Below, in pieces: positions 46,917-59,554 of a stretch of 64,000 nt of DNA. Position numbers and translations under genes: made by a program. This DNA is from Scyliorhinus canicula (taxonomy: Eukaryota). Below the pieces are notes generated by a model. The model saw nothing but the letters and a program-made list of their open reading frames with translations. It ran no database searches and was not told where the DNA came from. The stretch covers positions 14,635,958 to 14,699,957 of the forward strand of contig NC_052171.1 in the NCBI RefSeq assembly GCF_902713615.1, read 5' to 3'. Position 1 is the first letter of the stretch. Every line of letters starts with the position of its first letter.

Positions 46917-47394
46917 ACAAACCTGTTGGACTTTAACCTGGTGTTGTAAGACTTCTTACTATTATTATTATATACTGCATAGATTCCAGGTCACTACTGA
47001 GAATACTTCTTGCTCCCTGTCATGTATTTCTTGGACTTGTTTTCCAATTTTGATCAGCTATTTCACTCAGAAACAGATAAGCTTGCTCATCTCTGTCCCT
47101 TAGACCCAATGCTTCTGGAGGATGTTACTAATTATTGCAAGGGACTATTTAATATTTAATGTCTTAATTCGTTGGCGAGCCTCTGTTGGTTACAGTCAGT
47201 ACCGGTTACAAGGCCCATTTCCGTTGCAAGATCTGTATCAGTTGGTGGGACTACAACATTTCGGGTACTTCTCTATTTCGGGCTGTCGGTTTCGTTATTG
47301 AATCTGCATGTAATAGATGGTCTGTATCAGCAGGACTTTATGCTTCAAGAAAGCAACTATTTTCATTACTTTTGCTCAGTTTGCATGTGATACA

Positions 47395-48455
47395 CAGATC
47401 TGTAAAGCGGCAGTTAGTATTGGGGAAGCACTGGGGCTGCAGAAGAACTTGGACAGGCTAGGAGATTGGGCAAATACGTGGCAGATAGAATATAATGTGG
47501 AAAACAATGAGGTTATGCACTTTTGAAGGAGGAGTTGTGGCGTGGACTATGTTCTAAATGGGAAAAGCATCGGAAATCAGAAGCACTAGTGGGATTCGGA
47601 GCCCTTGTTCAATATTCACTTAAGGTTAACATGCATGTTCAGTCGGCAGTTAGGAAGGCCAATTCAATGATAGCATTCATGTTGAGAGGGCTAGAAAAGA
47701 AGACCATAATGTACTTCTGAGGCTATATAAGGCTCTGTTCAGACTACATTTGGAGTAGTCTGAGCAGTTTTTGGGCCTTGTATCTAAGGAAGCATGTGCT
47801 GGCCTTGGAAAGTGTCCAGAGGAGGTTCACAAGAATGACTCCTGGAATGAAGAGCTTGTCGTATGAGGAACTGCTGAGGACTCTGGTGCAGTAATCGTTG
47901 CAGTTTAGAAAGATGAGGGAGGATCTTATTGAAGCTTACAGGATACTGAGAGATACTTTAGGTGAATTCACCTAGGATGGAGCTGTGCTCCGAAACCTAG
48001 TGATTCGAAAAAAATCTGTTGGACTTCAACCTTATGTTGTGAGGCTTCTTACTGAAATTCTTACTGTGCTGACCCCAATCCAACGCCGCGATCTCCACAT
48101 CAAGGATATTGAGAGGCCTGGATAGAGTGGAAGTGGAGATAATGTCTCCACTTGAACAAAAAACTAATACCAACAATACAATCTCAGATCCTTCCAAACA
48201 CAGATGAGGCGGAATTTCTTAAGCCAGCGATTGGTGAATATGTGGAACGTTTTTGCCGTAGCAGGCTGTGGAGGCCTACTCACTGAGTGCCATGAAGACA
48301 GAGATAGATAGGTTCTTGATTAATAAGGGGTCATGGGTTATGAGGAGAAGACACGAGAATGCGGATGAGAAAAATATCAGCGATGATTGAAATGCGGAGC
48401 AGACACGATGGGCTGAGTGGCCTAATTCTACTCCTATGTCTTATGGTCTTGTGGC
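47395..48455 (+). mobile_element. Old CR1 3' fragment carrying a PLE-derived insertion
   Basis: LQKNLDRLGDWANTWQIEYNV and LESVQRRFTRM; tail TCTTATGGTCTT. Confidence 0.85.
47953..48102 (+). mobile_element. Solo Penelope pLTR with degenerate hammerhead
   Basis: Homologous to 46567-46690; flanked by the 13-bp duplication AGGATAC/TTGAGAG (47940-47952 and 48103-48115). Confidence 0.75.
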
Positions 48456-49059
48456 ACTATTACAAAGATGAAGGTTGAACTGTGAGTTGGTATAATTCTA
48501 TAAGATTAAGTGGGGCATGGATTATGTGGATGTGACAATCCTGATTTTTTTTGCTGTCAGTCTGGTCTCAAGAACATTTGAGACGGATTTGCAGGTATCA
48601 ATTATTGTTTATTTTAACTAGCTAGCTGGGGTGACTTACTCTATTAAAATCACAGGACACAACCACTGTCTCCTGAATATTCAACAGCTAGTGAATGAAA
48701 AGCACAAAACATTTCTGCACAGATACATTCAAGTTGCATCAATCTTCACATATATTCGGCCAAATAAGGCAACAGTAATGAATGCAAGGTTCCCATAGGC
48801 TATCCTTATGCACTTCTTGACCTGTCCATACACCCTGATTAGCTCACTTCACATTCGTAAGCCCTTGGGGGGGGGGCCCTTTCACTCAGCATTCTCGCCG
48901 TGGCAACTGCCCCTCCCCCCTTCCTGGCCATGCATTACTCAGTTCCTTTGTTCATTCCCTGATAAACTCATTACCCTACTCTCCGGCTCCTATACCCGAG
49001 TCTATCCTCTACATTATCCTAACTCATTATCCCATTTTGTATCAATTCGTTTTTGTTCA

Positions 49060-49390
49060 ATTCCTCAGATGGGCAGGCACTCTTTCGCAGGGTGGAGGGG
49101 CCATTCACCAGAAGCATAGGTTTATGCTCCGTGGAGCAAAGATTAGAGGAGGTGGGAGAGGCAGATTTTGTACTCTGAGGGTGGTGATTGCACGGAACGC
49201 GTTGCCAGGGGGAGGTTGTGGAAGCAGATACGGCGTTCGAAAAGGCAGCTTGACAAATACATGGATTGGATGGGTTTAGAGGGATATGGCACCAGGAAGT
49301 GCTGAGGATAGCGACTAAGGCCAGTATCCAGACCGGTGCAGGGTTGGAGGGTCAAAGGACCTGTTCTTGTGCTGTATTGTTCTTTATATC
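49060..49390 (+). mobile_element. CR1 3' end fragment
   Basis: FCTLRVVIARNALP-like C-terminus and tail GGACCTGTTCTTGTGCTGTATTGTTCTTT. Confidence 0.7.
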
Positions 49391-49974
49391 TCTTTGAGAG
49401 TCTGCTTCGGTAGGATAGGCTGCATCAGTTTTCGTGACTGTATTGGTTGTTGGGTCTGTCTACTTTGGAGTATCTGTAGCTGTTTGAGCCTCTACATCGG
49501 ATGGCGAATCAGCAAATCATGATGTCATGATCGGTTACACTGACCTTTCTGGCTGGAGAATCTCTATGCATTACCGGGTCAATATGAGTTGGACGGTTCG
49601 TATCAGTGGTTGGACCTTAATCGATATGAGGTTCTAATACTTGAATTGGCTTGGAAGTATGATATTAAGTTACCCTTGTTAAGTATCGATTATAATGTCA
49701 ATTCACTTGCATCGCTCCATTTGTTTCAGACATCTTATTTATAAATGTTGAACATCCAGACATCAATAAGGATTGTAATGTCTCATCTTAATATCTATGT
49801 AAAAGAGAACAACGAAGTCCAAGCATGGAGCATTATAGCCCTGCGCTCTAATATCTAACAATTGTCATTTTTCACTGAAAATGGTGGTCGAGTGAAGGAC
49901 ATCACAAAAAGAATATTAGATCTAGAGGTGGGGATAACTCTTTGGGTATGGATAGAATATGCAATATGCAATGT

Positions 49975-50820
49975 TCAGCACCATTCGCGACAAGTGCAGC
50001 AAGAACTGGATAACATCCAGGCTTGGGGTGACAAATGGCAAGTTTTGTCGCGCCACAAAAGTGCCAGCCACAGATCAGCTCCAATGAAAGAGAATGAAAC
50101 CATTTCCTGTTGGCATTCAATGGCATTGCAATTGCTGAGTTGCTCCTCAGGGATACAATTGACCATACATTGAATTGGCCCAGCCATAGAAATACCATGG
50201 CTACAAGAAGTAGTTATGGGTATGATTACTTCGCGAAGTGGCCCACCTCCTGCCAGTATCCCCCTCCCCCACAAACCCCGTCTACAAAGTACAATTTAGA
50301 AATCTGATGGCATCAGCCACATCGGACTGCATGTGAACAGTTCCATCAACACTCAAGAACCTCGATACCATCCAAGGCAAAGCATCCCGCCTGATTGACC
50401 CCCCTCCCCACCGATAATCAATCGCACCTTCCGCCCCCGACGCACAGTAGCAATAGTGTGTACCATCTTCAAGTCGCATATAACGACTTCACGAACGTGA
50501 ATTAAACAGCACCCTCCAAACCCATCAACAAATACAATCTAGAAGGATAAATACAGCAGATATCTGGTTACACCACCACCTGGAAGGTGCCCTCGAGTAT
50601 TCCACAAGTACGTTTTAGAAATATAATCACCGTTCCTTCACTATGGCAGTGGCAATTCCTCGAACTCACTTTGAATAGCTGAATGGGTGTGCTTTTACTA
50701 CGGGGACTGCAGTGGATCAAGAAAGCAGCGCACAACAACCTTTTCAAGGGCAATTAGGGATGCGCAACAAAAGCTGACCTCGCCAGTGAACCATCATCCC
50801 GTAAAAATTTGGAATAAACT
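49975..50820 (+). mobile_element. Decayed LINE 3' fragment (CR1/L2 group, distinct family)
   Basis: QQELDNIQAWGDKWQV and downstream decayed C-terminal ORF2 motifs. Confidence 0.6.
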
Positions 50821-51094
50821 GAAACCAAAACGACTTGGAACTTTCCATGGTTATTATCTTGTTCAGAACTGTCCCTTTATTTGATCTTCTCAAGTCAATG
50901 CGAGAAAAATCATATTTATTTCACAATTCAATGTCGTCATCCATTGTTCAGCTTCTTAAAATTCGAGGAACTTGAATGATGTCGCAAGTTCAATATCCCT
51001 ATGGAGATCACACAAGATATATATTGAATGATTGAGAATGTGTCAACAGAGTGACGACCTGCCACACGAAGTGACCGAGACCTTTGTATTGAAC

Positions 51095-51161
51095 ATGCTT
51101 TTAGAATTCAGCAGTGTAGATAAAGTCTTCTACACATTTATGGCAGCCATTGGTATTCCTG
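51095..51161 (+). CDS. GPR139-like: GPR139-like GPCR, coding exon 1
   Basis: MLLEFSSVDKVFYTFMAAIGIP followed by the phase-1 donor G|GTAAGT; phase matches exon 2. An in-frame upstream ATG also exists at 51038. Confidence 0.8.
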
Positions 51162-51879
51162 GTAAGTGGCAATCACAATTGAATTAGATGCAATATTTAT
51201 TGTGAACATTTTATGTGTTTGACATTGTAAATTACGATATTACTAGCATGACTATATGACACAATTATGCAGGTACCCAAATAGTGATATCACTTAATCC
51301 AATCAAATGGTTTTATTCATCGCTGTGATAATGTTTAATTGCCGCACTGATGGAAAAACATTGTTTGTAACTCACAGTTTTTTAGAGTTAACATGTTGTT
51401 GCATTTATAGGAATATGACGTTCTGTTGTATCACAGATCAGTAAAGGCAAACTATATTGGTGAGGTACAAATTGGAGACATGCGTGCGTCAAACTTGGCG
51501 GGAATGGTTAAGCATCGGGCTGTATTACTCTAGTGAGAATCAGCTCCTGGGAAAAGCTGCAAAAGTAGAATTGTGTTGAACGTGCGTGACGAACCAGAAT
51601 GGGTTCTTGTCATGCTTTACTGCAGTATGTCTCAGTGTAAAATTGCACTAACATTAGTTTACTAATCTTGCTGTACCTTACCTATCTGACCACATATCTG
51701 CGTCTGTCGAATTGCAATCACGAAAACGGGTAAAATAAATAAAATTTTGAATTATTTTTAATGGATTTCTCCATTGTCTGGGTGTGTCTGTATGTTCCAT
51801 GAATGCAATAGATTGACACTAGGAAATATGCTGATGTTAGGTGAAGACATTTTTGAATGTGTCCGACAATCATCTATTG

Positions 51880-52130
51880 AGTGATTAGCTCTGCTGCCTC
51901 ACCGTACCAGAGTCCCGGGTTCTATTCCGTCCTTGGGTAACTTCTTGTCTGGAGCTTGCACTTTCTCCCCACGTCTGCGCGGGTTTCCTTCTGGTGCTCC
52001 GGTTTGTTCCGACAATCCAAATACGCGCAGGTTCGTTGGATTGTACGTCCTAAGTGGCTAAAGATGTGCTGATTAGGTGGGGTTACTGGAATATGGCGGG
52101 GAGTGGGTCTTGGCAAGTTCCTTCGGAAGT
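51880..52130 (+). mobile_element. Diverged V-SINE (intronic)
   Basis: Degenerate head and V core. Confidence 0.7.
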
Positions 52131-52204
52131 TTTGTACAGACGCAACGTATTGTCATCTTATGTAGCATAGAGATTCTCCGCTATTTTATTACTTTCAATT
52201 TTCA

Positions 52205-53122
52205 AACAACAAAGAACAACGAAAAGTACGGCACAGGCCATTCAGCCCTCCAAGCCCGTGACGATCATGCTGCCCGTCAGAACTGAAACACTTCCTGGGT
52301 CCATATACCTCTATTCCCATCCTATTCATGTATTTGTCAAGATGCCCCTTGAATGTCACTATCGTCCGTGCTTCCACCACCTCCTCCGGCAGCGAGTTCC
52401 AGGTACTCACTACCCTCTGTGTAAAAAAGCTTGCCTCGTACATCTCCTCTAAACCTTTCCCCTTGCACCTTAAACCTATGCCCCCTAGTAATTGACCCCT
52501 CTACCCTGGGAATAAACCTCTGACTATCCACTCTGTCTATGCCGTCATAATTTTGTGGACCTCTATCAGGTCGCCCCTCAACCGCTGTTATTCCAGTGAG
52601 AACAAACCGAATTTATTCAACCGCTCCTCATAGCTTATGCCCTAATACCAGGCAACATTCTGGTAAATTTCTTTTGCACCCTCTCCCAAGTATCCACATC
52701 TTTCTGGTCGTGTGGCGACAAGAATTGAACACTGTACTCCAAGTGCGGTCGAACTAAGGTTCTATACAGCTGCAACATGACTTGCCAATTCTTAAACTCA
52801 ATGCCCCAGCAAATGAAGGCAAGCATGCCGTATGCCTTCTTGACTGCCTTCTCCACCTGTGTTGCCCCTTCCAGAGACCTGTTGACCAGTACACCTAGAT
52901 ATCTCTGACTTTCAATCTACCATTCACTGCATATTCCCAACCTGCTTTAGACCTTCCAAAATGCATTACCTCACATTTGTCCGGATTAATATCCATCTGC
53001 CATCTCTCCGCCCAAGTCTCGAAATGATTAAATGCTGTACAGCAGTCCTCAAAGTCCTCTGACAGTCCTCAAAGCTATCCGCAATTCCACCAACCTTTGT
53101 GTCGTCTGCAAAATAACTAATC
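52205..53122 (-). mobile_element. 5'-truncated CR1 LINE (intronic)
   Basis: LQLYRTLVRPHLEYSVQF and FFTQRVVSTWNSLP; (TTCTTTG)n-type tail. Confidence 0.9.
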
Positions 53123-55100
53123 AATTTCGTCAGCCAAAATAAAGGATACCCTACTTACTGGCAGTTTAATACATAGGAACTGTTTCCATAACCACATTCT
53201 TTTTACAATAACATATTCGAACTTTGATTGTCGTCACTGTAAAAAATCCATTTGTTTTAGCGTCAAAGACCCGACTCCCCGGGCAAACGTTCCTGAGGAC
53301 CTGTGGATCATAATTACTCAGAGGTCTTTTCTGACTGTTACTCTGGATAAATATTCGCATGGGAGCATTTCACCGTTCAGTTCGGTAACCAATTACTATT
53401 TTTTCCTAGAAATTATGATCAATGTTTAAAAGCATTTCAATGTTTTTCCGATACACATCCCTGTCAGCAACTCACTGAATTGTGTCCCAGTGAGAACGGG
53501 GAACTAAAACTGGAGGTAGCGCATAGATTGTCAGAACACAATGATTCGACTGAGGGAAGTTATTAAGATTTTTCTGATGAAAAATATAGTGCACAACGCT
53601 CAGTTCTGTAATAATTCTGATTAAACTAATGTGCAACCTCGATCGTGCACCACTTTTTTAAAAAATGGGTAATGCACTGAAACAGCAAATTTAGAGTTGT
53701 TGAAAGCAAATTGTAAATTGTTTCGCATCAGCTCCTTTTTTTAAACAATTCAATTTGTCCTGGATGGAATCCAAAATTCCTCTTAGATATTTCAAGTCTT
53801 GTTCGGGATTGATGCTGCCTCAAATTCTTTGTGAAACCCAGAAGTATTTTGCACGATATTGCTTCGACGCAAATGCAGCAGCTTGCGTTTACCTTTGTTG
53901 AAATGAAATTGTCATCAACATGTCAACTGTGCCCGTTCATTGATTATTATTCGTAAAGACTCGTGTGTTCCGTCCCATTTTTCCTCTGTTCTTATGGTGT
54001 TCTCGTTGTGGATATGCCCATAAAATTGGAAATCGAGATTCAGCTTCACGTTGATGGACAGAATTGATCCTAGCGCTCATTGTTGTGGAATTTCACTTTC
54101 CACGTCCCATGAAACTGAGAATATCGCTTCAACACCCTAACCCCTACGTTATATGAACATTAAAAGTAGCGTCAGAAGGAGACTATTCGGCCTTTCGAGC
54201 CAGCTTCGCAATTCATTATTAATACGCGTAATCATCCAACTCAATAGCGTGATCCCTCCTTCCCCCAAATCCTTTCATCCACTTCACAATATCTACATGT
54301 TTCTTTAAACATTTTTTGAGTTCAACATCTACCTGAGGTAGCGAGTTCCTCAGGTCGATCACTGTCTGGGTGTCAGTCTGCTGCAATCCTTTCTGCGACT
54401 TTCCACTATACACCAGTTACTCCAAGGGTCGTGCCAAGTCTGCTGAGCTGTTATCAATGGCTTTGTGAAATTTTCACCCATCCTACAAAGCTTTTGATCA
54501 TTTCATCATAATTATTCAAATAATCAAACAAATGTAACCCAATATGATTTCATTTTGCATTATTCGAAATCACATGCTGTGCTTCTACGGTGCACCGATA
54601 TTCTACTTTGATGCTATAATTGTTCTGATCACTGGGATTATGTTAGCTGGGCTAAACATATTATGGAAGGAGCTCAGCTGCCAGAGAGATGGCGTTACTC
54701 TGCCTGGTTCATCGAAACTGCTGTAAAATTATCTTGTGTGGATCTTTAGCAATTCATTGTATCCTATAACCGGGCAAGCACATGGATTTAATTTTTTGCA
54801 ATCGATTGACAACTGGGACACGCGTTAAGAGTGGTAGAGTTCCCTTTCTGCAGAAGAGAACGGTAAAATAAGGTAATAAAAAAAGTGATTATAAATGGCA
54901 AGACAGTCTACTTTGGTCGCCAATGTCGTTTTCAGGGCAAGTTAATTGAAGAGTGATTTTGTATTGGAATGCAAGTAATGGATCAATTGCAGTAAAGCCC
55001 TTTGATGACGTTCTGATTAATTTCACTGTACAGATCATATTGTCACCATTGCCTTTCCCTTTGTTTTTCAACATATTTCAATGCAATCTAACAGGAACAG

Positions 55101-55280
55101 GTGAAAAATGAAAAATCCTGATGTTGCTTATTCTCACAAGTAGGTTTCAAAGGAAGTTACTGTGAAAAGCCCCTAGTCGCCACAGTCCGGGGAGGTTGGG
55201 ACGGGAAATGAACCGGCGCTGCTTGCCTGCATTCGTCTGCGCTAAAAGCCAGCTATTTAGCCCTGTGCTAAACCAGCCCC
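55101..55280 (-). mobile_element. Short tRNA-derived SINE (second copy)
   Basis: Homologous to 39252-39450. Confidence 0.72.
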
Positions 55281-56282
55281 TGCTGGTTTATTATCTTAAT
55301 ATTGAAGGTGTTTTACTATTTCACGGACGAGGTTATCAAATGCCTGCCTTAAAGGTCTCGAGGTATTTGTTTGATTTTCATTACTATCACAGATTTCTCT
55401 CGCTTCCTGCTGGTTTCAATACTCATTCGTTGCTTCATTGTGCAGCAACTGTTCCAGGCACGATGGTCTTCCTTTCATTGAGCTCGGAGCATTGCTGCAG
55501 AATGCGGTTTCCGTTTTGCGATCAGCCTGCACAGGTATAACCCAGAGACTAGTAAACCGAAGCCGAACTGAACCAATGATCCTGGCCTGACAGGCATTGT
55601 GACTGCGTTTCTCAGCCTCGACTATCACGTGCTGAGGACTTCTTGTGCCTCATTTGTATTTGGTTACTATTGTTTATTTCATTATGCCGCTACAGACGAA
55701 CTAGGAATTAGTTTAATCTGAACACAGTACAGCTTGGTTCATTGAGTGCACACAATTTATTTAAAGCTGGTAGCATGGAGCGCTAACTCCGAGTTCCCTG
55801 CTCACATGTATACGCCTTCCATTTTAAGGCAGCACAACAAGTTTGGTCTGACCTACATGGTCAAAAAAGTGGCTTGCGGAAAGGGGTGACATCCTGAGGA
55901 TGCTCCGGAGATGGGACACATCCAATCGGGAGCAGGAACCCGAACGTGAGTTTCGTGCCAGATTAATCCTGTCGCCTATCCTGTGTCTGTTTGAGTGTAG
56001 AGTCTGATGGGAAGGAAATGCTGTCAGAGATAAGAGTATAAAAATATGAAATCAATTATCTCCAGTCTGCCAAGATCTCTCGGCGGAGTCTATGTCTTAC
56101 CCATCACTCGTCCATTAAACCTGTAAATCAGTTGGCTTGGATTGGGGTCATGGTAGACCTGTTTGATTATTACCGCTGATTGCTGTTGTCCCAAACATGT
56201 TTGGTGCTGGGATCCAGTCATTCGTGCCTGAGCCAATCTCAGAGAATGTTTCATCAGATTTTCCGTTCTCTCTCTTTTACAG

Positions 56283-57160
56283 TTGACTTGCTGGCCATTT
56301 TAATCCTGTCCCGGGGAAAGTGCGGTCTCTCCAGCTGTACAACTCGTTACCTGCTGGCCATGGCACTCTCAGATCTATTAGTCATTATCACTGAGGTAAT
56401 ATTGACGCAGTTCAGGTATTACTATTTTCCAATCAGTTTCCTCGATATCACCCCTATATGCAGCGTCAATGGTGTCCTGCGAGATGCAGCCATAGACTGT
56501 TCGGTGTGGTTCACCATCGCTTTTTCCTTTGATCGATTTGTGGCTATTTGTTGCCAGAAGCTTAAAGCTAAATATTGCACAGCTAAAACTGCGGCAGTGG
56601 TTCTAGCAACATTCTGCATTTTGCTGTGTTTCGCTAATATCCCCATCTACTTCACCTATGAACCCGGAAGCATTTCTGATAATGTACCGTGGTTCTGCAA
56701 TAAAAAGCCGGACTTCTATTCTGAGACAGGATGGGTGAGATACAATTGGTTTGATAGATTTCTAACTCCTTTGCTCCCATTTGCTTTAATTGTGTTGATC
56801 AACGCCCTGACGGTGAGACACATTTTAGTGGCCAGTCGTGTCCGAAAGGGACTGAAAGGTCAGAGCAAGGGAGACAATCACCGTGACTCAGAGATGGAGA
56901 GCAGAAAAAAATCTGTGATTTTACTCTTCTCCATATCCGGCACCTTCGTAATTCTGTGGTTGGTAAATGTTATAGAATTCTTATATTATAACCTTACGGG
57001 AATAGATCCCAACGATTACACTGACGCTGAATATATATTTGAACAAATTGGAATTATGTTGCGGAACTTAAGTTGCTGCACGAACACGTTTATTTATGCA
57101 GCGACTCAGTCCAAGTTCAGAGGAAAAATCAAAGCCGCTTTGAGCTTCCTCGTTACATAA
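56283..57160 (+). CDS. GPR139-like: GPR139-like class A GPCR, coding exon 2 (spliced product ~314 aa)
   Basis: Polypyrimidine acceptor TCTCTCTTTTACAG; LAILILSRGKCGLS, YLLAMALSDLL, FSFDRFVAICC, CCTNTFIY; seven hydrophobic segments including exon 1; AATAAA at 57176-57181. Confidence 0.9.
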
Positions 57161-57774
57161 GTTATTCAACTGGAGAATAAACCAAACACGTGAGAGCAGA
57201 GTTTCCAGTCCCATAATGGAGCATTGATCCCTGTACAATAGTAGTGCCGTATTGAGCTCGAAACGGCAATTCGCGGAACATAAATGGACAGGACATATAA
57301 CGTGGTCCCTACAGGACAGGAGTGTATACAGCTACCACATTCTTTCCTCCAGCTGTTCGATCCTCATCTCCTCAGATCTGCTCATGAAAAACGTGTAATG
57401 AAAATAACATACTGGACATGATGAAAATGCTTTTATGTGAAATCACTTCTCATCACAAATTTTTTTAATATGTTCATTTTGGAGTCGCTATCTCCTGGAA
57501 TTCCAACCTGCCATTACTTTCAAATCCATTAATTTTGTAACGCCCACACCCATCTCATGTATCGGCTCAAAACAAATGTGAAACTTCTTGAGTCATTTTT
57601 TGAATTCTCCCGCACGGTGGCGCTCCCCGCCAACCTGAACATGCAGTTGTCCCTCATCCCCTACCTCGATCGGATTCAAGAGCCATCTCTTCCCGTCCCT
57701 AACATCACTCCCAACTCCTTCGCTGATTGCATCCACCTTCTCTTTGAACCGTAGACAATCTCCTGCAATGACCG

Positions 57775-58090
57775 AACATCGAATCCCAAGAAAGTATTCG
57801 GCCCATCATGTCTACAGTCCACCTCGGCCCATCTTCAAGCTCTATGTGCGTCACCATGCGTTGGTCACGGTTAATCCAACTAACCTGCAGACGCCATGGA
57901 TCCATATAGCATGGTAATTCCACCTAATATCCACGGCTTTGGACTGTGCCAGTAAACCAGAGCATCAGGATGAAACCCACCCAAACACGGGGGTACGTGC
58001 AAACCCCACATATGCAGTCACAAATAGCTGAAGTTTAACCCGGCTCCATAGCGCTGTGAGGCATCAGTGTTCACGACTGTGCAACCATGT
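57775..58090 (-). mobile_element. Diverged V-SINE
   Basis: Degenerate V core TTTGGACTGTG...GAAACCCAC seen on the plus strand. Confidence 0.6.
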
Positions 58091-58250
58091 CTCCCACTGC
58101 ATCCCATTGTCCGATGCCGTTGTCCGTTATAGCTTACGCTCACAAACTATTGTGTTGGGAGCCACCCGTTCCTACTGCCATCACACCTATTCCATTTGCC
58201 TCTCGAACTGTCTATCATCTGACTATAGACCCGGCCCCTTTAGGTCAAGA

Positions 58251-58382
58251 CCTTAGTGTTCGGTGGGGTTGCTGGATTATGGGGATAGGGTGGAGGTGTT
58301 GACCTTGGGTAGGGTGCTCTTTCCAAGAGCCAGTGCTGACTCGATGGGCCGAATGGCCTCCTTCTGCACTGTAAATTCTATA
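58251..58382 (+). mobile_element. V-SINE subfamily B 3' fragment
   Basis: Matches the last ~130 nt of subfamily B. Confidence 0.8.
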
Positions 58383-58751
58383 TAAAGACCACCATATACT
58401 CTGGTCCACCAGCTATTCTGTGCCAATCAATGGTCAATTGAATCTAAACAACGGAGGACAGCATTTGGTACCCATCTCTAATTTTCATTGAGAGCGAGTT
58501 ATTGAGTCATCTAATTCAACCACTGCAAGGCATGCGATGGAGATATTTCAACACTACACATTGGAAGGGAATTCGCGCGAATTTCGAGTATACGACAGTG
58601 ATCTGACAGTGACATCTTTGCAGGTCAGGATAGTAGGCAACTTGCAGTGGAATCCATGGAGGGGTGGTTGCCTCACTAGACATCTGATTACATTGTCGTG
58701 ACAGATTGATTAGTTCTCCGATTTGTAATGCACTGTAGATGTAGGATAGGT

Positions 58752-58923
58752 CGTGTGTGCGTGTTGTGTGTGTGTGTGTGTGTGACAGATGTGTGCGTGT
58801 GTGTGCGTGTATGCGAGAGTGCATGTGTGAGGGAGAGTGTCTGTGTAATCTGTGTGTGTGAGATATGTGTGTGTGTATGTGTGTGTGAGAGAGTGCGTGT
58901 GATTTGTGAGAGATGTGTGTGTG
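58752..58923. repeat. Imperfect (TG)n microsatellite
   Basis: TG/GA-rich dinucleotide run. Confidence 0.9.
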
Positions 58924-59284
58924 GGGGACAACCCGTTGGGGCGGGGCGTGGGGGTTTAAGTGCAGAGCAGTCCATCAGACTGCTCATTCAAGCCTTGCCG
59001 AATGCAGACAGGATTTTTGAAGGCAGGAAACGAGATAGCGTAACAGGGTTCTCCGAATTGTGTCTGCTCTTGAACCGTAGCATTTCTGTAGATGACATGT
59101 TTGTGGTTCATGCTAACCTCAGACACCGGTATTTATGGATGCTAATTCAATTAGAGGGCAAGGAAAGTCTGTTGGAAATAATTAACTTGGAGTTGTTCAC
59201 ATTGAGACACTCCAGTGATGCGAGAATATCACCTGCCACTGACCAGCTCAAACGTGAATGATACCCAGGGCATATTGGCATACA

Positions 59285-59554
59285 CATAGAATCCCAACAA
59301 GGCAGAATGAGGGCACCCGGCCCATCCAGTCTGAAAGAGCACACTCCCTTGGCCCACTTCCTCGCCGCACCCCCGGAACCCTACCTAGCTGACAGGTCTC
59401 TGGAGACCAAGGGACAATTTAGGGCCAATCGACCTAACCTACACAGAGAACGTGCCAACACTACACAGGCAGTCAGTCACTCAAGGCCAAAATTGAACCC
59501 GGGTCTTTGGTGCTGAGAGGCAGGAAAGTTCACTGCTGTGCCAGTGTGCCGCCC
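59285..59554 (-). mobile_element. Diverged, internally deleted V-SINE
   Basis: Head GGGCGGCACACTGGCACAG with B box GGGTTCAATT; partial body and tail. Confidence 0.55.

Larger units (their letters stand above)
46526..46960 (+). mobile_element. Short Penelope-derived element with two ~120-bp direct repeats (pLTRs)
   Basis: Near-perfect repeats at 46533-46654 and 46839-46960; ORF start MATIDTANCRLKVERISRKIAHIDTDIQFLQ at 46691; flanked by a ctattattattat(t)atac duplication. Confidence 0.8.

Noticed and set aside
48552-49044. Candidate solo LTR (TG...CA, minus-strand AATAAA); similar stretches at ~38485-38750 and ~55650-56030
   Set aside because: No matching target-site duplication or second copy in the window; cannot be supported without a repeat library.
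56180-56282. N-terminal 34 aa of the 326-aa ORF as the true GPCR start
   Set aside because: It begins at TTG and is intron read-through; a strong acceptor at 56282 and a phase-matched exon at 51095-51161 supply the first half of TM1.
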